From the sequence record DRR723986_8671: a stretch of DNA of 43,300 nt. The stretch is one strand, 5' to 3'. The first letter of the stretch is position 1; each line of letters starts with the position of its first letter. The notes under the pieces were generated by a model, which worked only from the letters and a program-made list of their open reading frames with translations, had not been told where the DNA came from and ran no database searches. Of the stretch, positions 9,719 through 20,457 are shown piece after piece. Position numbers and translations under genes: made by a program.

Positions 9719-10591
9719 TCACGGCACCATAAGCATCCCTGCAAGAAAGCCAAGACCAGTGAGTTGTTGAACTGCGCCTAAAACATCGCCAGTGGCTCCG
9801 CCAATCTTGGCCACGGCAAGCCGACCGGTCGCATGTGCCGCGGCAATGGCGATGACAAGGGCCAGCAGCAAGGCCGGCAGGGAGAGCAGGAAGAACGCAG
9901 GCAGCATCACGGGCAAAGTCACAAGAAACGCTTGTTGCACGGTTGATCGGGAAGGCTTGCCAAAGCGAGCTCCGAGCCCTTCAGGTCTTGCAGATGGCAG
10001 GCATTGCCACTGCCAGACAAGCAGCATCCGGCTGAGGGCTTCTCCCGCCAGAAAAAGCAGCGCTGCATCAGCCGGTCCGAATTTTTGCCAAAGCGCTGCA
10101 AGCAGGACGGTGCGCAGGAGTACCGAGATCATCAGGGTGAGAGCCCCAAAGGCTCCGATGCGGCTGTCCTTCATGATGTCGAGCCGTCTTTCGCGGGTTG
10201 CACCGCCGAAGAAGCCGTCGGCTACGTCGCTCAAGCCATCTTCGTGAAGGGCTCCGGTTGTTGCCGCAAGAACCGCGGTCAGGAGAACCGCGACGGCCAG
10301 AAGTGGCAGTTGAGTAAAACCGAGCGCAACACCGATGCCGGCCGCGGGCAGGGCAATGATTGCACCAGCCAGAGGCGCTGCACGGGCGATCCGAACAAAA
10401 TCCGGCGGGGACATCGGGTTGTCTTCGGTGTTGACTGCAGGCAGGGGAAGCCGGGAGAAGAATCGTACGCAAGCTGCCGTGTCCGCGGCGAGTGCCTTGC
10501 CCCCGTGCAGCCAGACCTGGTGCTGATCCCGGGTTTTCCTGGACCGCGTTTCAACCTGTGAATCAGGCTCTTGGTCGGTTTCAGAGCTCAT
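9719..10591 (-). CDS. cobS: Adenosylcobinamide-GDP ribazoletransferase (cobalamin synthase)
   Basis: FFSRLP, TGALHEDGLSDVADGFFGG..RRLDIMKDSRIGAFG and GGATGDVLGA. Confidence 0.96.
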   Translation of the reverse strand: MSSETDQEPDSQVETRSRKTRDQHQVWLHGGKALAADTAACVRFFSRLPLPAVNTEDNPMSPPDFVRIARAAPLAGAIIALPAAGIGVALGFTQLPLLAVAVLLTAVLAATTGALHEDGLSDVADGFFGGATRERRLDIMKDSRIGAFGALTLMISVLLRTVLLAALWQKFGPADAALLFLAGEALSRMLLVWQWQCLPSARPEGLGARFGKPSRSTVQQAFLVTLPVMLPAFFLLSLPALLLALVIAIAAAHATGRLAVAKIGGATGDVLGAVQQLTGLGFLAGMLMVP

Positions 10592-10697
10592 CAGGCCGGT
10601 CCCGTGCTTGAGTTTTTACTGGGCGAAGTTATAGAACAGCGGCTAAGCGAGACCAAGTGGCCACTCGACGGCCGCGAACAACCGGAACCAAAAGAAC

Positions 10698-11723
10698 ATG
10701 TCCCTCTCCGAGACCGCGCTGCCCTTTGACGATATCCGCAATCTGGTGAAATCCATGCCGGGGCCGGACGAGGATGCGCTCGCGAGGGTGAAGGCCCGGG
10801 ATGCGGAGTTGACCAAACCTGCCGGTTCGCTCGGAAGGCTTGAGGAAATTGCCGAATGGCTGGCTGCCTGGTCCGGCAAGGCACCGCCGAAGATCACGCG
10901 GCCGATGGTCGGCATCTTCGCGACCGCCCATGGGGTTGCGGATGAAGGCGTGTCCGCGTTTCCAAGTGCGGTCAACCGGCAGATGGTCGAGAACTTCGCG
11001 GCTGGCGGTGCTGCAATCAACCAGATCTGCCGCGCTTATGACATCGGCCTGAAGGTGTTCGACCTGGCGGTCGACATGCCGACCCCCAGCATCACGCGGG
11101 AAGACGCGATGGACGAAGCCAATTGCGCTGCGACCATGGCATACGGCATGGAGGCGCTTGCCGGCGGGATTGACCTGATCTGTCTTGGCGAAATGGGGAT
11201 CGGCAACACCACAGTCGCTGCTGCGGTTATCAATGCGCTGTTCGGCGGCAAGGCTGAAGACTGGATCGGGCGCGGTACCGGCGTTGACGACGAGGGCCTT
11301 GCCCGCAAACGCGATGCTGTCGAAAAAGCAGTTGCTCGACTGAACGGCGAACGTGATCCGCTGGAGATCCTGCGTCGCATCGGTGGCCGCGAGATTGCAG
11401 CCATGACCGGCCTCATCATTGCCGCACGCCTGCAGCGCGTTCCGGTGATTGTCGATGGCTTCGTCACGACGGCTGCTGCTGCTGTTGTCTATGCGATGGA
11501 CCCGGCTGGTCTCGACCACTGCCTCTTCGCCCATGTTTCGGCAGAGCAGGCCCATGCAAAGGTGCTCGAGCACATGGGCAAGGATGCGCTGCTCGATTTT
11601 GGCATGCGTCTGGGTGAAGGCTCCGGTGCTGCGCTCGCTGCAGGTATTGTCAAGGCCGCCGCCGAAATGCACTCCGGCATGGCCACCTTTGCAGACGCCG
11701 GTGTGTCCGAAAAAGACGACTGA
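10698..11723 (+). CDS. cobT: Nicotinate-nucleotide--dimethylbenzimidazole phosphoribosyltransferase
   Basis: LTKPAGSLGRLE, GEMGIGNTT and MRLGEGSGA; divergent from cobS. Confidence 0.96.
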   Translation: MSLSETALPFDDIRNLVKSMPGPDEDALARVKARDAELTKPAGSLGRLEEIAEWLAAWSGKAPPKITRPMVGIFATAHGVADEGVSAFPSAVNRQMVENFAAGGAAINQICRAYDIGLKVFDLAVDMPTPSITREDAMDEANCAATMAYGMEALAGGIDLICLGEMGIGNTTVAAAVINALFGGKAEDWIGRGTGVDDEGLARKRDAVEKAVARLNGERDPLEILRRIGGREIAAMTGLIIAARLQRVPVIVDGFVTTAAAAVVYAMDPAGLDHCLFAHVSAEQAHAKVLEHMGKDALLDFGMRLGEGSGAALAAGIVKAAAEMHSGMATFADAGVSEKDD

Positions 11724-11741
11724 AGCTCTTTCAGGAATTGA

Positions 11742-11776
11742 ATCGGCCTGAAACCGCTGATGCGGATCAGGCCGAT
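11742..11776. terminator. Long hairpin between convergent cobT and the kinase gene
   Basis: ATCGGCCTGA...TCAGGCCGAT with inner CCGC-TGAT-GCGG. Confidence 0.55.
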
Positions 11777-13323
11777 CTTGCCTTGCCGGAGGGTACGCCG
11801 CTGTCCTTGTCGTTCGGGTCCACCCAGATGACGTCCGGCGAATAGTTCATGATCCTGGCTCTCGGCAGGGTGACGATCACCTCCGTGCCTTCGCCGGGCC
11901 TGGACTTCAGCGAGAACTTGCCGTCGTGCATGTTGATCAGCGCCTGGACGATGGACAGACCAAGACCTGTCCCCGGTTCTGCCGTCTTGATGGCATGAGA
12001 CCCTTGACCGAAAGCTTCCAGTACGGTCGGAATTTCGTCTTCCGGAATGCCGGGGCCCGTATCCTTTATCGAGACGTATTGTCCGCCATCTGACGTTGGT
12101 CCGACCTTGATCCAGACTTCGCCGTTCACCGGTGTGAACTTCACGGCGTTGGACAGGAGATTGAGCACCACCTGACGCAGGGCTCGCTCGTCCGCCCAAA
12201 CGCGCGGCAAGTCCGGCTCGTGGGTGTGGTGAAGCGAAATCGTCTTGGCCTTCGCCCGAACCTTCATCATGGTCCCGCATTCCTCGACGATATCGTCCAG
12301 GAAGATCGGTTCCTCGTGCAATTCGTGCCGACCGGCCTCGATGCGGGACAGGTCCAGAATTTCGTTGATCAGGTTGAGCAGGTGTTGTCCCGAGCCGTGA
12401 ATGTCTTCGGCATAGGACTGGTAGTTCTTGTTGTGCATCTTGCCGAGCACTTCATCCTTCATGATTTCGGAAAATCCGAGGATGGCGTTGAGCGGTGTCC
12501 GCAGTTCATGGCTCATCGTGGCCAGGAAGCGGGACTTGGCAAGGTTGGCAGCTTCTGCGCGGCGGCGCGCTTCGTCCGACATCGCGTTCGCAGTTTCCAA
12601 CTCGGCGATCAGGTGATCCTTGTCGGCCCGGTATTCCAGCATCGTGTTGGCGTTCTTCAGAAGCTGGTTGCCCAGGATCAGGAAGAAACCCTGCGCGCCG
12701 ATCGCCATGGCGGCGAGCGTATAGTGGATCGGGTTCACCTGCTGCAGGAAGCTGACGGTGACGATCAGTGTCATGGGCAAGGTGCTGGCAAGCAGGCATT
12801 TCGGCAGGGTGGCCGACTGCATCGTGTTCATGGCAACCACGATCAGCAGCGTCGCGAAATGAAAGATGACAAATCCGTCGCCGGATTCGCTGGTCTGAGG
12901 CAGCAGAAAGAAGCTGGCCCAGCTGCAGCCGTAGACGAAGTCACCAAAGGCGAACCTGCGCCGCCAGTAGATGCGGGCTTTCTGGTCGGAAGGAGCCTTC
13001 TCGTAGGAATGGCTGGTAATCACCATCATGAAGTGGGTGCAAAGCGTCGCCGTAAACCAGGCGCCGATGAAGAGCGGGTTGATCCACAGAACGGAGATCG
13101 CGGCAACGATCAGGGCGAGAAGGGGGACCGCGTAGGCAGCGTTGATGCGGGTGTCGGCAAACAGATGCTGCCGTTCCAGATCGAAAGACGTGTACCAGTT
13201 TTCAGGCGTACCAAGGCGGCTGCGCACATCGTTGGCCGAGCGCGCCATCTCACGACGACGCTTGGCGCGCTGTTCGTTGATGGTGACTTTGTCGTCGCCG
13301 GTTTCTGACGCAACCGATGCCAT
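11767..13323 (-). CDS. Membrane-bound sensor histidine kinase, PleC/DivJ-like HisKA, orphan
   Basis: Multiple TM helices; H-box FLATMSHELRTPLNAILGFSEIM; N-box NLLSNAVKFT; DTGPGI; GTGLGL. Confidence 0.92.
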   Translation of the reverse strand: MASVASETGDDKVTINEQRAKRRREMARSANDVRSRLGTPENWYTSFDLERQHLFADTRINAAYAVPLLALIVAAISVLWINPLFIGAWFTATLCTHFMMVITSHSYEKAPSDQKARIYWRRRFAFGDFVYGCSWASFFLLPQTSESGDGFVIFHFATLLIVVAMNTMQSATLPKCLLASTLPMTLIVTVSFLQQVNPIHYTLAAMAIGAQGFFLILGNQLLKNANTMLEYRADKDHLIAELETANAMSDEARRRAEAANLAKSRFLATMSHELRTPLNAILGFSEIMKDEVLGKMHNKNYQSYAEDIHGSGQHLLNLINEILDLSRIEAGRHELHEEPIFLDDIVEECGTMMKVRAKAKTISLHHTHEPDLPRVWADERALRQVVLNLLSNAVKFTPVNGEVWIKVGPTSDGGQYVSIKDTGPGIPEDEIPTVLEAFGQGSHAIKTAEPGTGLGLSIVQALINMHDGKFSLKSRPGEGTEVIVTLPRARIMNYSPDVIWVDPNDKDSGVPSGKARSA

Positions 13324-13435
13324 TTGCTGCCCAAAGTTTTGATTTTGTTATCGCGCTGCCGCGTGTTTATTCAACCTGACTCACCATTCCTTAAGATCAT
13401 CCTCAAGATCGTGGTAAGGGAAGTGTTAACAGGCT

Positions 13436-14098
13436 GTGCCAAGGTGCAACTCATTGTCAGAAAAGACGAATTCGAAAACACTCGACAGACTAGCGGCTGA
13501 CGTGCGGTCGTGCCGGATCTGCGTCGAGAACCCTGAAAAGTCGGCGCTACCGCATGAGCCCAGACCAGTTCTGCAAGTGTCTGGAACAGCAAGGCTTTGT
13601 GTCTGCGGACAAGCGCCAGGCACACGCGTTCACCAGAGCGGCAGACCGTTCACTGATCCCTCGGGTGACCGGTTGAGAAACTGGATGGGCATCGACGAGG
13701 ATATTTTCTACGACGCCGGTAAACTGGCCATCGTGCCGATGGGGTTTTGTTTTCCTGGACTGGACGCAAAAGGGGGCGATCTGCCGCCGCGCACCGAATG
13801 CCACAAGGCCTGGCATGACCACTTGTTTGCTGCAATGCCGCAGATCGAACTGGTGCTGGTTATCGGCCAATACGCCCAAGCCTATCATCTCGGGTCAAAC
13901 CGGCAGAAATCCCTTACCGAGACAGTGTCGAACTGGCGTCAGCATTTCGCTCGGCAGATGGACGGCAAACCGGCGGTCCTGCCGTTGCCGCATCCTTCCT
14001 GGCGCAACAATGCGTGGCTGAGAAAGAACCCGTGGTTTGAAACCGAGCTGCTGCCGGTTCTGAGAGGCGAGGTTCAGCGCCTTACAATGGTGCCCTAA
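13436..14098 (+). CDS. Uracil-DNA glycosylase superfamily protein
   Basis: CRIC, GQAPG, PFTDPSGDRLR, PMGFCFPG and LPHPSWRN; exact start uncertain. Confidence 0.88.
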   Translation: MPRCNSLSEKTNSKTLDRLAADVRSCRICVENPEKSALPHEPRPVLQVSGTARLCVCGQAPGTRVHQSGRPFTDPSGDRLRNWMGIDEDIFYDAGKLAIVPMGFCFPGLDAKGGDLPPRTECHKAWHDHLFAAMPQIELVLVIGQYAQAYHLGSNRQKSLTETVSNWRQHFARQMDGKPAVLPLPHPSWRNNAWLRKNPWFETELLPVLRGEVQRLTMVP

Positions 14099-14116
14099 TT
14101 GCTGGAATTCGAAAAT

Positions 14117-14187
14117 AATTCTCATTTCGGTGAGAATTGACATTTTCATTGAAACTCAGTTACGAGTTTTTATCTTCAATGAAAATG
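14117..14187. promoter_or_regulatory. AT-rich nested inverted repeats upstream of the Lrp gene
   Basis: AATTCTCA-N6-TGAGAATT (14117-14138) and CATTTTCATTGAA-N21-TTCAATGAAAATG (14141-14187). Confidence 0.55.
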
Positions 14188-14253
14188 ATTTCCCAACATG
14201 TTGCGGTCTGCGCGGTCGGGAATCTCTGTTGCTCCTGGCCGGATCTTGAATTC

Positions 14254-14748
14254 ATGATTGATCGTATCGACCGTCGCATCCTGTCCATTCTCCAGGAAGA
14301 TTGTACCGTTCCGGTGGCTGAAATCGGCCGCAGGGTGGGGCTGTCGACCACGCCCTGCTGGCGGCGCATCCAGAAAATGGAAGAAGACGGGGTCATCACC
14401 GGCCGCGTCGCCTTGTTGGACCCGGCAAAGGTCAATGCGAAGGTAACGGCCTTCGTCGCCATTACCACGAGCCAGCACTCCGAAGACTGGCTGAAGAAAT
14501 TCGCCGATGTCATCCGGGAGTTTCCCGAAGTGGTCGAATTCTACAGGATGGCAGGTCAGGTCGATTATCTGCTGCGTGTCGCCGTGCCGGACATCGAGGC
14601 CTATGACGCCTTTTACAAGAAGCTGATTTCCCGGATCGACATTTCGGATGTCTCGACCACCTTCGCCATGGAGCAGATCAAGAACACCACGGCCTTGCCG
14701 CTCAGCTATGTGGCACCGGAAAAGCCTAAACCCGACCGGGACAAGTGA
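14254..14748 (+). CDS. Lrp/AsnC family regulator (DecR/YbaO-like)
   Basis: MIDRIDRRILSILQEDCT..LSTTPCWRRI, YRMAGQVDYLLRV and FAMEQIKNTTALP. Confidence 0.92.
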   Translation: MIDRIDRRILSILQEDCTVPVAEIGRRVGLSTTPCWRRIQKMEEDGVITGRVALLDPAKVNAKVTAFVAITTSQHSEDWLKKFADVIREFPEVVEFYRMAGQVDYLLRVAVPDIEAYDAFYKKLISRIDISDVSTTFAMEQIKNTTALPLSYVAPEKPKPDRDK

Positions 14749-14814
14749 ACTGGCCGGCAACACGATCCGTTCCGGCCAGCGAACCCCTCAGGTTCATTCG
14801 GTCTTCTGGTTGGT

Positions 14815-15225
14815 TCACGTGGACGTTTTGGGCCAATAGGTGCCGATGCTCCAGATGTTTCCTTCCGGATCCTGGCAAATGAATTCCCGGCTGCCGTAGT
14901 CCCGGTTCGTCAACCCCTCAAGGATTGTCGCCCCAGCCGCAGTGGCGCGGTCGAACAGTTTGTCGGCATTCTCCACCGCCAGGTAAATTGCCTTGCCGCA
15001 AGGGCCGTCCGGATGCCCGATGATCTTTGCAAAAGCGTCGTCGCGGGCCTGACCGACCATGATCATGGCTGATCCGAAAGCCAGCTCTGCATGCACCACA
15101 GTGCCGTGGTCGTCCCGGTGCACTTCGTGTTCGACAAACCCGAATGAATCTGCGAGCCACTTGATCATCGCATTGGCATTGCCGAACCGGAAAACGGGAT
15201 AAATTCTGCTTGCTTCATGAGACAT
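14815..15225 (-). CDS. VOC/glyoxalase-bleomycin resistance family protein
   Basis: VVHAELAFG and DYGSREFICQDPEGNIWSIG; AAGGAGG RBS. Confidence 0.9.
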   Translation of the reverse strand: MSHEASRIYPVFRFGNANAMIKWLADSFGFVEHEVHRDDHGTVVHAELAFGSAMIMVGQARDDAFAKIIGHPDGPCGKAIYLAVENADKLFDRATAAGATILEGLTNRDYGSREFICQDPEGNIWSIGTYWPKTST

Positions 15226-15291
15226 GTCGTACCTCCTTTGATGAAGGAGGTGATAGCTCTTCGCGATTTTGCGGGATTGAAGTTTTGTTAC

Positions 15292-16155
15292 CTACCAGGT
15301 GTTGGCAGTGCCATTCAGCAGCCGTGCGCGCCAGGCTTCCGGTGACTGACCGGAAAACTCGGAAAAGTCCCGAATGAGATGGGCCTGATCGGCGTAACCA
15401 CAATCGACCGCCAAACCGGCCCAATCGATGTCGAAGCAGTTCTGAGCATGTTTGAGCACCTTGCCGAAGCGGATCACCCGGGCAACCGTCTTGGGTCGAA
15501 GGCCGATATCCTTCCGAAATTTTTGTGCCAGGTGCTTTCGGCTCCAGCCAATCTCCTTAGCCAACGATGTGACTGAGACCTGGCCTCCGGTTTCAAGTAG
15601 CCGTCGCAACACATGGTCCGCCGGGGTCAGTTGGACGGTGTCTTGCCGTAGGCGTTTGATGACGTAAGCAAGGGCATGATCAAGCCGCGCATTCCAGCTT
15701 GTCAGATCCTCGATCCGGCGGACAAATTCAGCCAGTTCCGGTTCCGCGACATCGGCAAACGGCAACATCTGGTCCGTCAGCAGGTCCATTGGGAACCGGA
15801 AAAAATGACGGGCACCGACGGGAGTAAAGTTGATCTGCAGGCATTTGGCACGGCCATTTGACTGAATGAAAACCGGAGAACTACTGAGCCCAGCCAGAAA
15901 GGTGGGACGCTCATTTTCAGCGGTTGGATGCTGACCGAGTGCGATTTCAAACGGATCGCCGAAACTCAGGATGAGCGGAATGGTCAGCGAGGCGGTTTCA
16001 ACCTGCCTGTTCGTCTGCGGGTTTCGCTCTTCGTAGCCGATGATGTCGGTGAAAAGGCTGCGCAAGTCCGGCGGTGCTGTCCGGCGCCAGAAACCGGCAT
16101 CAATGCCGGGGGGAACCGAGGAGGAGGGCGGTGAGGCATCTTGCGAGGTGGTCAT
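15292..16155 (-). CDS. AraC family transcriptional regulator
   Basis: C-terminal double HTH (IGWSRKHLAQKF..GLRPK; DCGYADQAHLIRDFSEFSG); AGGAAGG RBS before ATG 16155. Confidence 0.9.
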   Translation of the reverse strand: MTTSQDASPPSSSVPPGIDAGFWRRTAPPDLRSLFTDIIGYEERNPQTNRQVETASLTIPLILSFGDPFEIALGQHPTAENERPTFLAGLSSSPVFIQSNGRAKCLQINFTPVGARHFFRFPMDLLTDQMLPFADVAEPELAEFVRRIEDLTSWNARLDHALAYVIKRLRQDTVQLTPADHVLRRLLETGGQVSVTSLAKEIGWSRKHLAQKFRKDIGLRPKTVARVIRFGKVLKHAQNCFDIDWAGLAVDCGYADQAHLIRDFSEFSGQSPEAWRARLLNGTANTW

Positions 16156-16209
16156 GATCCTTCCTTGTCGGGGCAGAATAGGATCAACTCGGGTCTTGGT
16201 CACCCATAA

Positions 16210-16863
16210 TCATTCAGTCTCACCGGGACCCAGCGGATGGCGCGCGCGAAACCTGGCGAATTCCGCATCGGATACGGTTTTCCCGGTAAAGATCTCGATG
16301 TAGTGGGGCATGCGCTGAAGCCTGGGGCCAAGCGGCTCGCTCGGCCGATCCTTGACGATGGAGATATAGCCGATCTGCGTCAGATACATGGTGTTGGCTC
16401 TCACGTCGGCCGAGGCGTGTTCATAGCCAAAACGTTCGAACATCGCCGTAAAAGCCTCGATGCGTACACGGTCGGCTTCTTCCAGCATGGGCGTCAGGTC
16501 CGGATCCGCGTGTGCCCAGTTGCGCATCGCAAATTCCAGCCGGGAATCGAACAGCTCCGGCAGTAGCCACAAATCGAAAAGGTTCAGGATCGCCTCGGTG
16601 ATTGTCTCCGCGTAATCCTCGGTCCGTTTCACCAGATTGCCGGTGTTTTTCGTTTGCCACTGGGTGATCAAGGCGTAGAGCAGGTCGTTCCGGTCTGAGA
16701 AATGGCCATAGAAACTGGTCCGCGACAGACCGAGCCTGTCGGCCAGGGGCATCACCTTGACGGCATCAATGCCATGTTCAATCAGCGCCTGGTAGGCAGC
16801 TTCGATCCAGATTTCACGTGTGCCGCGCCAACCGGACGTTTTTTCGATCAATAGGTCGCTCAT
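16210..16863 (-). CDS. TetR family regulator (HpbR-like, betaine catabolism)
   Basis: GIDAVKVMPLADRLGLSRTSFYGHF HTH; divergent from the N-methylproline demethylase gene. Confidence 0.88.
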   Translation of the reverse strand: MSDLLIEKTSGWRGTREIWIEAAYQALIEHGIDAVKVMPLADRLGLSRTSFYGHFSDRNDLLYALITQWQTKNTGNLVKRTEDYAETITEAILNLFDLWLLPELFDSRLEFAMRNWAHADPDLTPMLEEADRVRIEAFTAMFERFGYEHASADVRANTMYLTQIGYISIVKDRPSEPLGPRLQRMPHYIEIFTGKTVSDAEFARFRARHPLGPGETE

Positions 16864-16904
16864 GTGCTTGCGATAACAAAGCTCCGGCCTGCCGACAATC
16901 AAAA

Positions 16905-16945
16905 TTGACACCAATGTCGACAAAAGCGACACCTATGTCGCTTTT
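16905..16945. promoter_or_regulatory. Tandem palindromic operator, probable TetR site
   Basis: TGACA-CCAA-TGTCG (16906-16919) followed by the perfect AAAAGCGACA-CCTA-TGTCGCTTTT (16922-16945). Confidence 0.75.
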
Positions 16946-17032
16946 CAGACTTTCCAAAGATGATCGGTGGGAATTAAGCTTTGCAAGCCTGAGGAAATCC
17001 GTGACGCGGTGGAATGCCCGGAGAGGAAAGAG

Positions 17033-19069
17033 ATGTCGAAAGATCCGTTGTTGCAGCCCTATCAGCTGAAACATTTGACGCTGAAAAACCGGATCATGAT
17101 CACGTCGCACGAGCCTGCCTATCCTGAGGATGGCATGCCGAAGGACCGGTATCGCGCCTATCACGAGGTCCGGGCAAAGGCCGGTGTCGCACTGACCATG
17201 ACCGCCGGCTCCGCGGCCGTCTCTCGCAACTCGCCGCCCGTCTTCAACAATATCCTTGCCTACAAGGACGAAGTCGTGCCGTGGATCAAGCGGCTCACGG
17301 ATGCCTGCCACGAACACGATTGTGCGGTGATGATCCAGCTGACCCATCTTGGTCGCCGAACACACTGGAACAAGGGGGACTGGTTACCTGCGGTTTCTTC
17401 CAGCCATGAACGTGAAGCAGCGCACCGGGCCTTTCCCAAGCAGGTCGAAGAGTGGGACATCGCCCGCATCATAGCTGACTATGCCGACGCGGCGGAACGC
17501 ATGAAGGCCGGCGGAATGGATGGCATAGAGCTGCAGGCCTACGGTCACCTGATGGACCAGTTCTGGTCGCCGGTCACCAACACGCTGGATGGGCCGTATG
17601 GTGGTTCACTGGAAAACCGGATGCGCTTTTCACTCGAAGTCATCGAGGCGGTTCGGCAGAGGGTTGGTGACGACTTCATTCTGGGCATCCGTTTTACTGC
17701 GGACGAGGATCTGGACGGAGGCATCACGGAAGACGAAGGTCTTGAAATTGCCCGTCGCCTGAAGGCTACGGGACAGGTCGACTTCCTCAATGTCATTCGG
17801 GGCCACATCGACACTGATCCGGGGCTCACCGACGTGATTCCCGTTCAGGGCATGCGCAACGCCCCGCATCTGGATTTCGCCGGCCGCATCAAGAAGGAAG
17901 TCGGCATGCCGACGTTCCATGCAGCCAAGATCCCCGATGTCGCAACAGCGCGCCATGCGATCGCCGAAGGGCTTCTGGACATGGTCGGCATGACGCGGGC
18001 ACATATGGCCGACCCGATGGTGGTCAGGAAAATTGCCGATAAGCGAGAAGGGGATATACGCCCCTGTGTGGGAGCAACCTATTGTCTCGACCGCATCTAT
18101 CAGGCTGGCGATGCACTTTGCATCCACAACCCGGCAACCGGTCGGGAATTGACCATGCCACACGAGATCCCGGTCGCGGACACGAAAAAGAAGGTGGTCG
18201 TCGTTGGCGCAGGGCCCGCCGGCATGGAAGCGGCGCGCGTTGCAGGCGAACGGGGGCACGATGTGATCGTGTTCGAGGCAGCGCCACATGCCGGTGGTCA
18301 GGTCCGGCTGACAGCGCAATCCGAGCGCAGGCGCGAAATGATCTCCATAATCGACTGGCGAATGGACCAGTGCCTGGCGAAAGACGTGAAGTTCCGTTTC
18401 AACACTTTTGCAGAAGCAGAAGATATCACGGGAGAAAACCCCGATGTGGTGATCGTCGCAACAGGAGGCTTGCCGCATACGGAAGTCCTGAGCGAAGGCA
18501 ATGATCTTGTTGTCTCTGCCTGGGATATCATTGCTGGCGACGTCAAACCGGGCAAACGTGTTCTCGTTTACGACGATGCCGGTGATCATCCCGCACTTCA
18601 GGCGGCCGAGATGATCGCAAAATCCGGCGCTCACGTGGAGATCATGACGCCGGACAGGTCCTTCGCCCCGGATGTCATGGCAATGAACCTGGTGCCTTAC
18701 ATGCGATCGCTGCAGGACAAGGACGTTCGCTTCACGGTCACTTACCGCCTGAAAGCTGCAAAACGTTCCGGGAACTTGATCACCGCGGTCGTCGGAACAG
18801 ACTATTCCAGCCACACGGAAGAGCGGGAATTCGACCAAATCGTCGTCAATCACGGTACAATACCGATGGACGAACTCTATTTCGAGCTGAAGCCGATGTC
18901 GAAAAACCTTGGTGCTGTTCAGCAGGAAGCGTTGATTTTTGGCCGCCCGCAGCCTCTTGAGGCCAACCCGGATGGCACATTCGCGCTTTTCCGCATTGGC
19001 GATGCAGTTGCGGCTCGCAACACCCATGCGGCAATCTATGATGCGTTACGTTTGGTCAAGGACATTTGA
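17033..19069 (+). CDS. stcD: NADH:flavin oxidoreductase, N-methyl-L-proline demethylase (StcD/HpbA-like)
   Basis: MSKDPLLQPYQLKHLTLKNRIM..SHEPAY, OYE TIM barrel, 4Fe-4S motif CVGATYCLDR..C, GAGPAG dinucleotide fold and IGDAVAARN; GAGAGG RBS. Confidence 0.85.
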   Translation: MSKDPLLQPYQLKHLTLKNRIMITSHEPAYPEDGMPKDRYRAYHEVRAKAGVALTMTAGSAAVSRNSPPVFNNILAYKDEVVPWIKRLTDACHEHDCAVMIQLTHLGRRTHWNKGDWLPAVSSSHEREAAHRAFPKQVEEWDIARIIADYADAAERMKAGGMDGIELQAYGHLMDQFWSPVTNTLDGPYGGSLENRMRFSLEVIEAVRQRVGDDFILGIRFTADEDLDGGITEDEGLEIARRLKATGQVDFLNVIRGHIDTDPGLTDVIPVQGMRNAPHLDFAGRIKKEVGMPTFHAAKIPDVATARHAIAEGLLDMVGMTRAHMADPMVVRKIADKREGDIRPCVGATYCLDRIYQAGDALCIHNPATGRELTMPHEIPVADTKKKVVVVGAGPAGMEAARVAGERGHDVIVFEAAPHAGGQVRLTAQSERRREMISIIDWRMDQCLAKDVKFRFNTFAEAEDITGENPDVVIVATGGLPHTEVLSEGNDLVVSAWDIIAGDVKPGKRVLVYDDAGDHPALQAAEMIAKSGAHVEIMTPDRSFAPDVMAMNLVPYMRSLQDKDVRFTVTYRLKAAKRSGNLITAVVGTDYSSHTEEREFDQIVVNHGTIPMDELYFELKPMSKNLGAVQQEALIFGRPQPLEANPDGTFALFRIGDAVAARNTHAAIYDALRLVKDI

Positions 19070-19166
19070 CGTGATGCTGCACTGCACGCGGAAAATTTGG
19101 GCAGCGTCTTACATGGATAAGCAAATGACGCTTTTGCGCTACGGCGGTGGGGTCGGGTGGGCCTAA

Positions 19167-20453
<1,287 letters not shown>

Positions 20454-20457
20454 TACG

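Noticed and set aside
10592-10697. Cobalamin riboswitch between cobS and cobT
   Set aside because: The spacer is only about 105 nt and lacks a B12 box.
13385-13432. Possible CtrA boxes upstream of the kinase
   Set aside because: The TTAA-like half sites are 8 nt apart rather than 7 and are imperfect.
17630-19027. 465-aa antisense ORF (similarly 10629-11672, 12220-13308, 23130-24113 and 31546-32448)
   Set aside because: Each lies opposite a well-supported gene and has no recognisable motifs; typical shadow ORFs of GC-rich codon usage.
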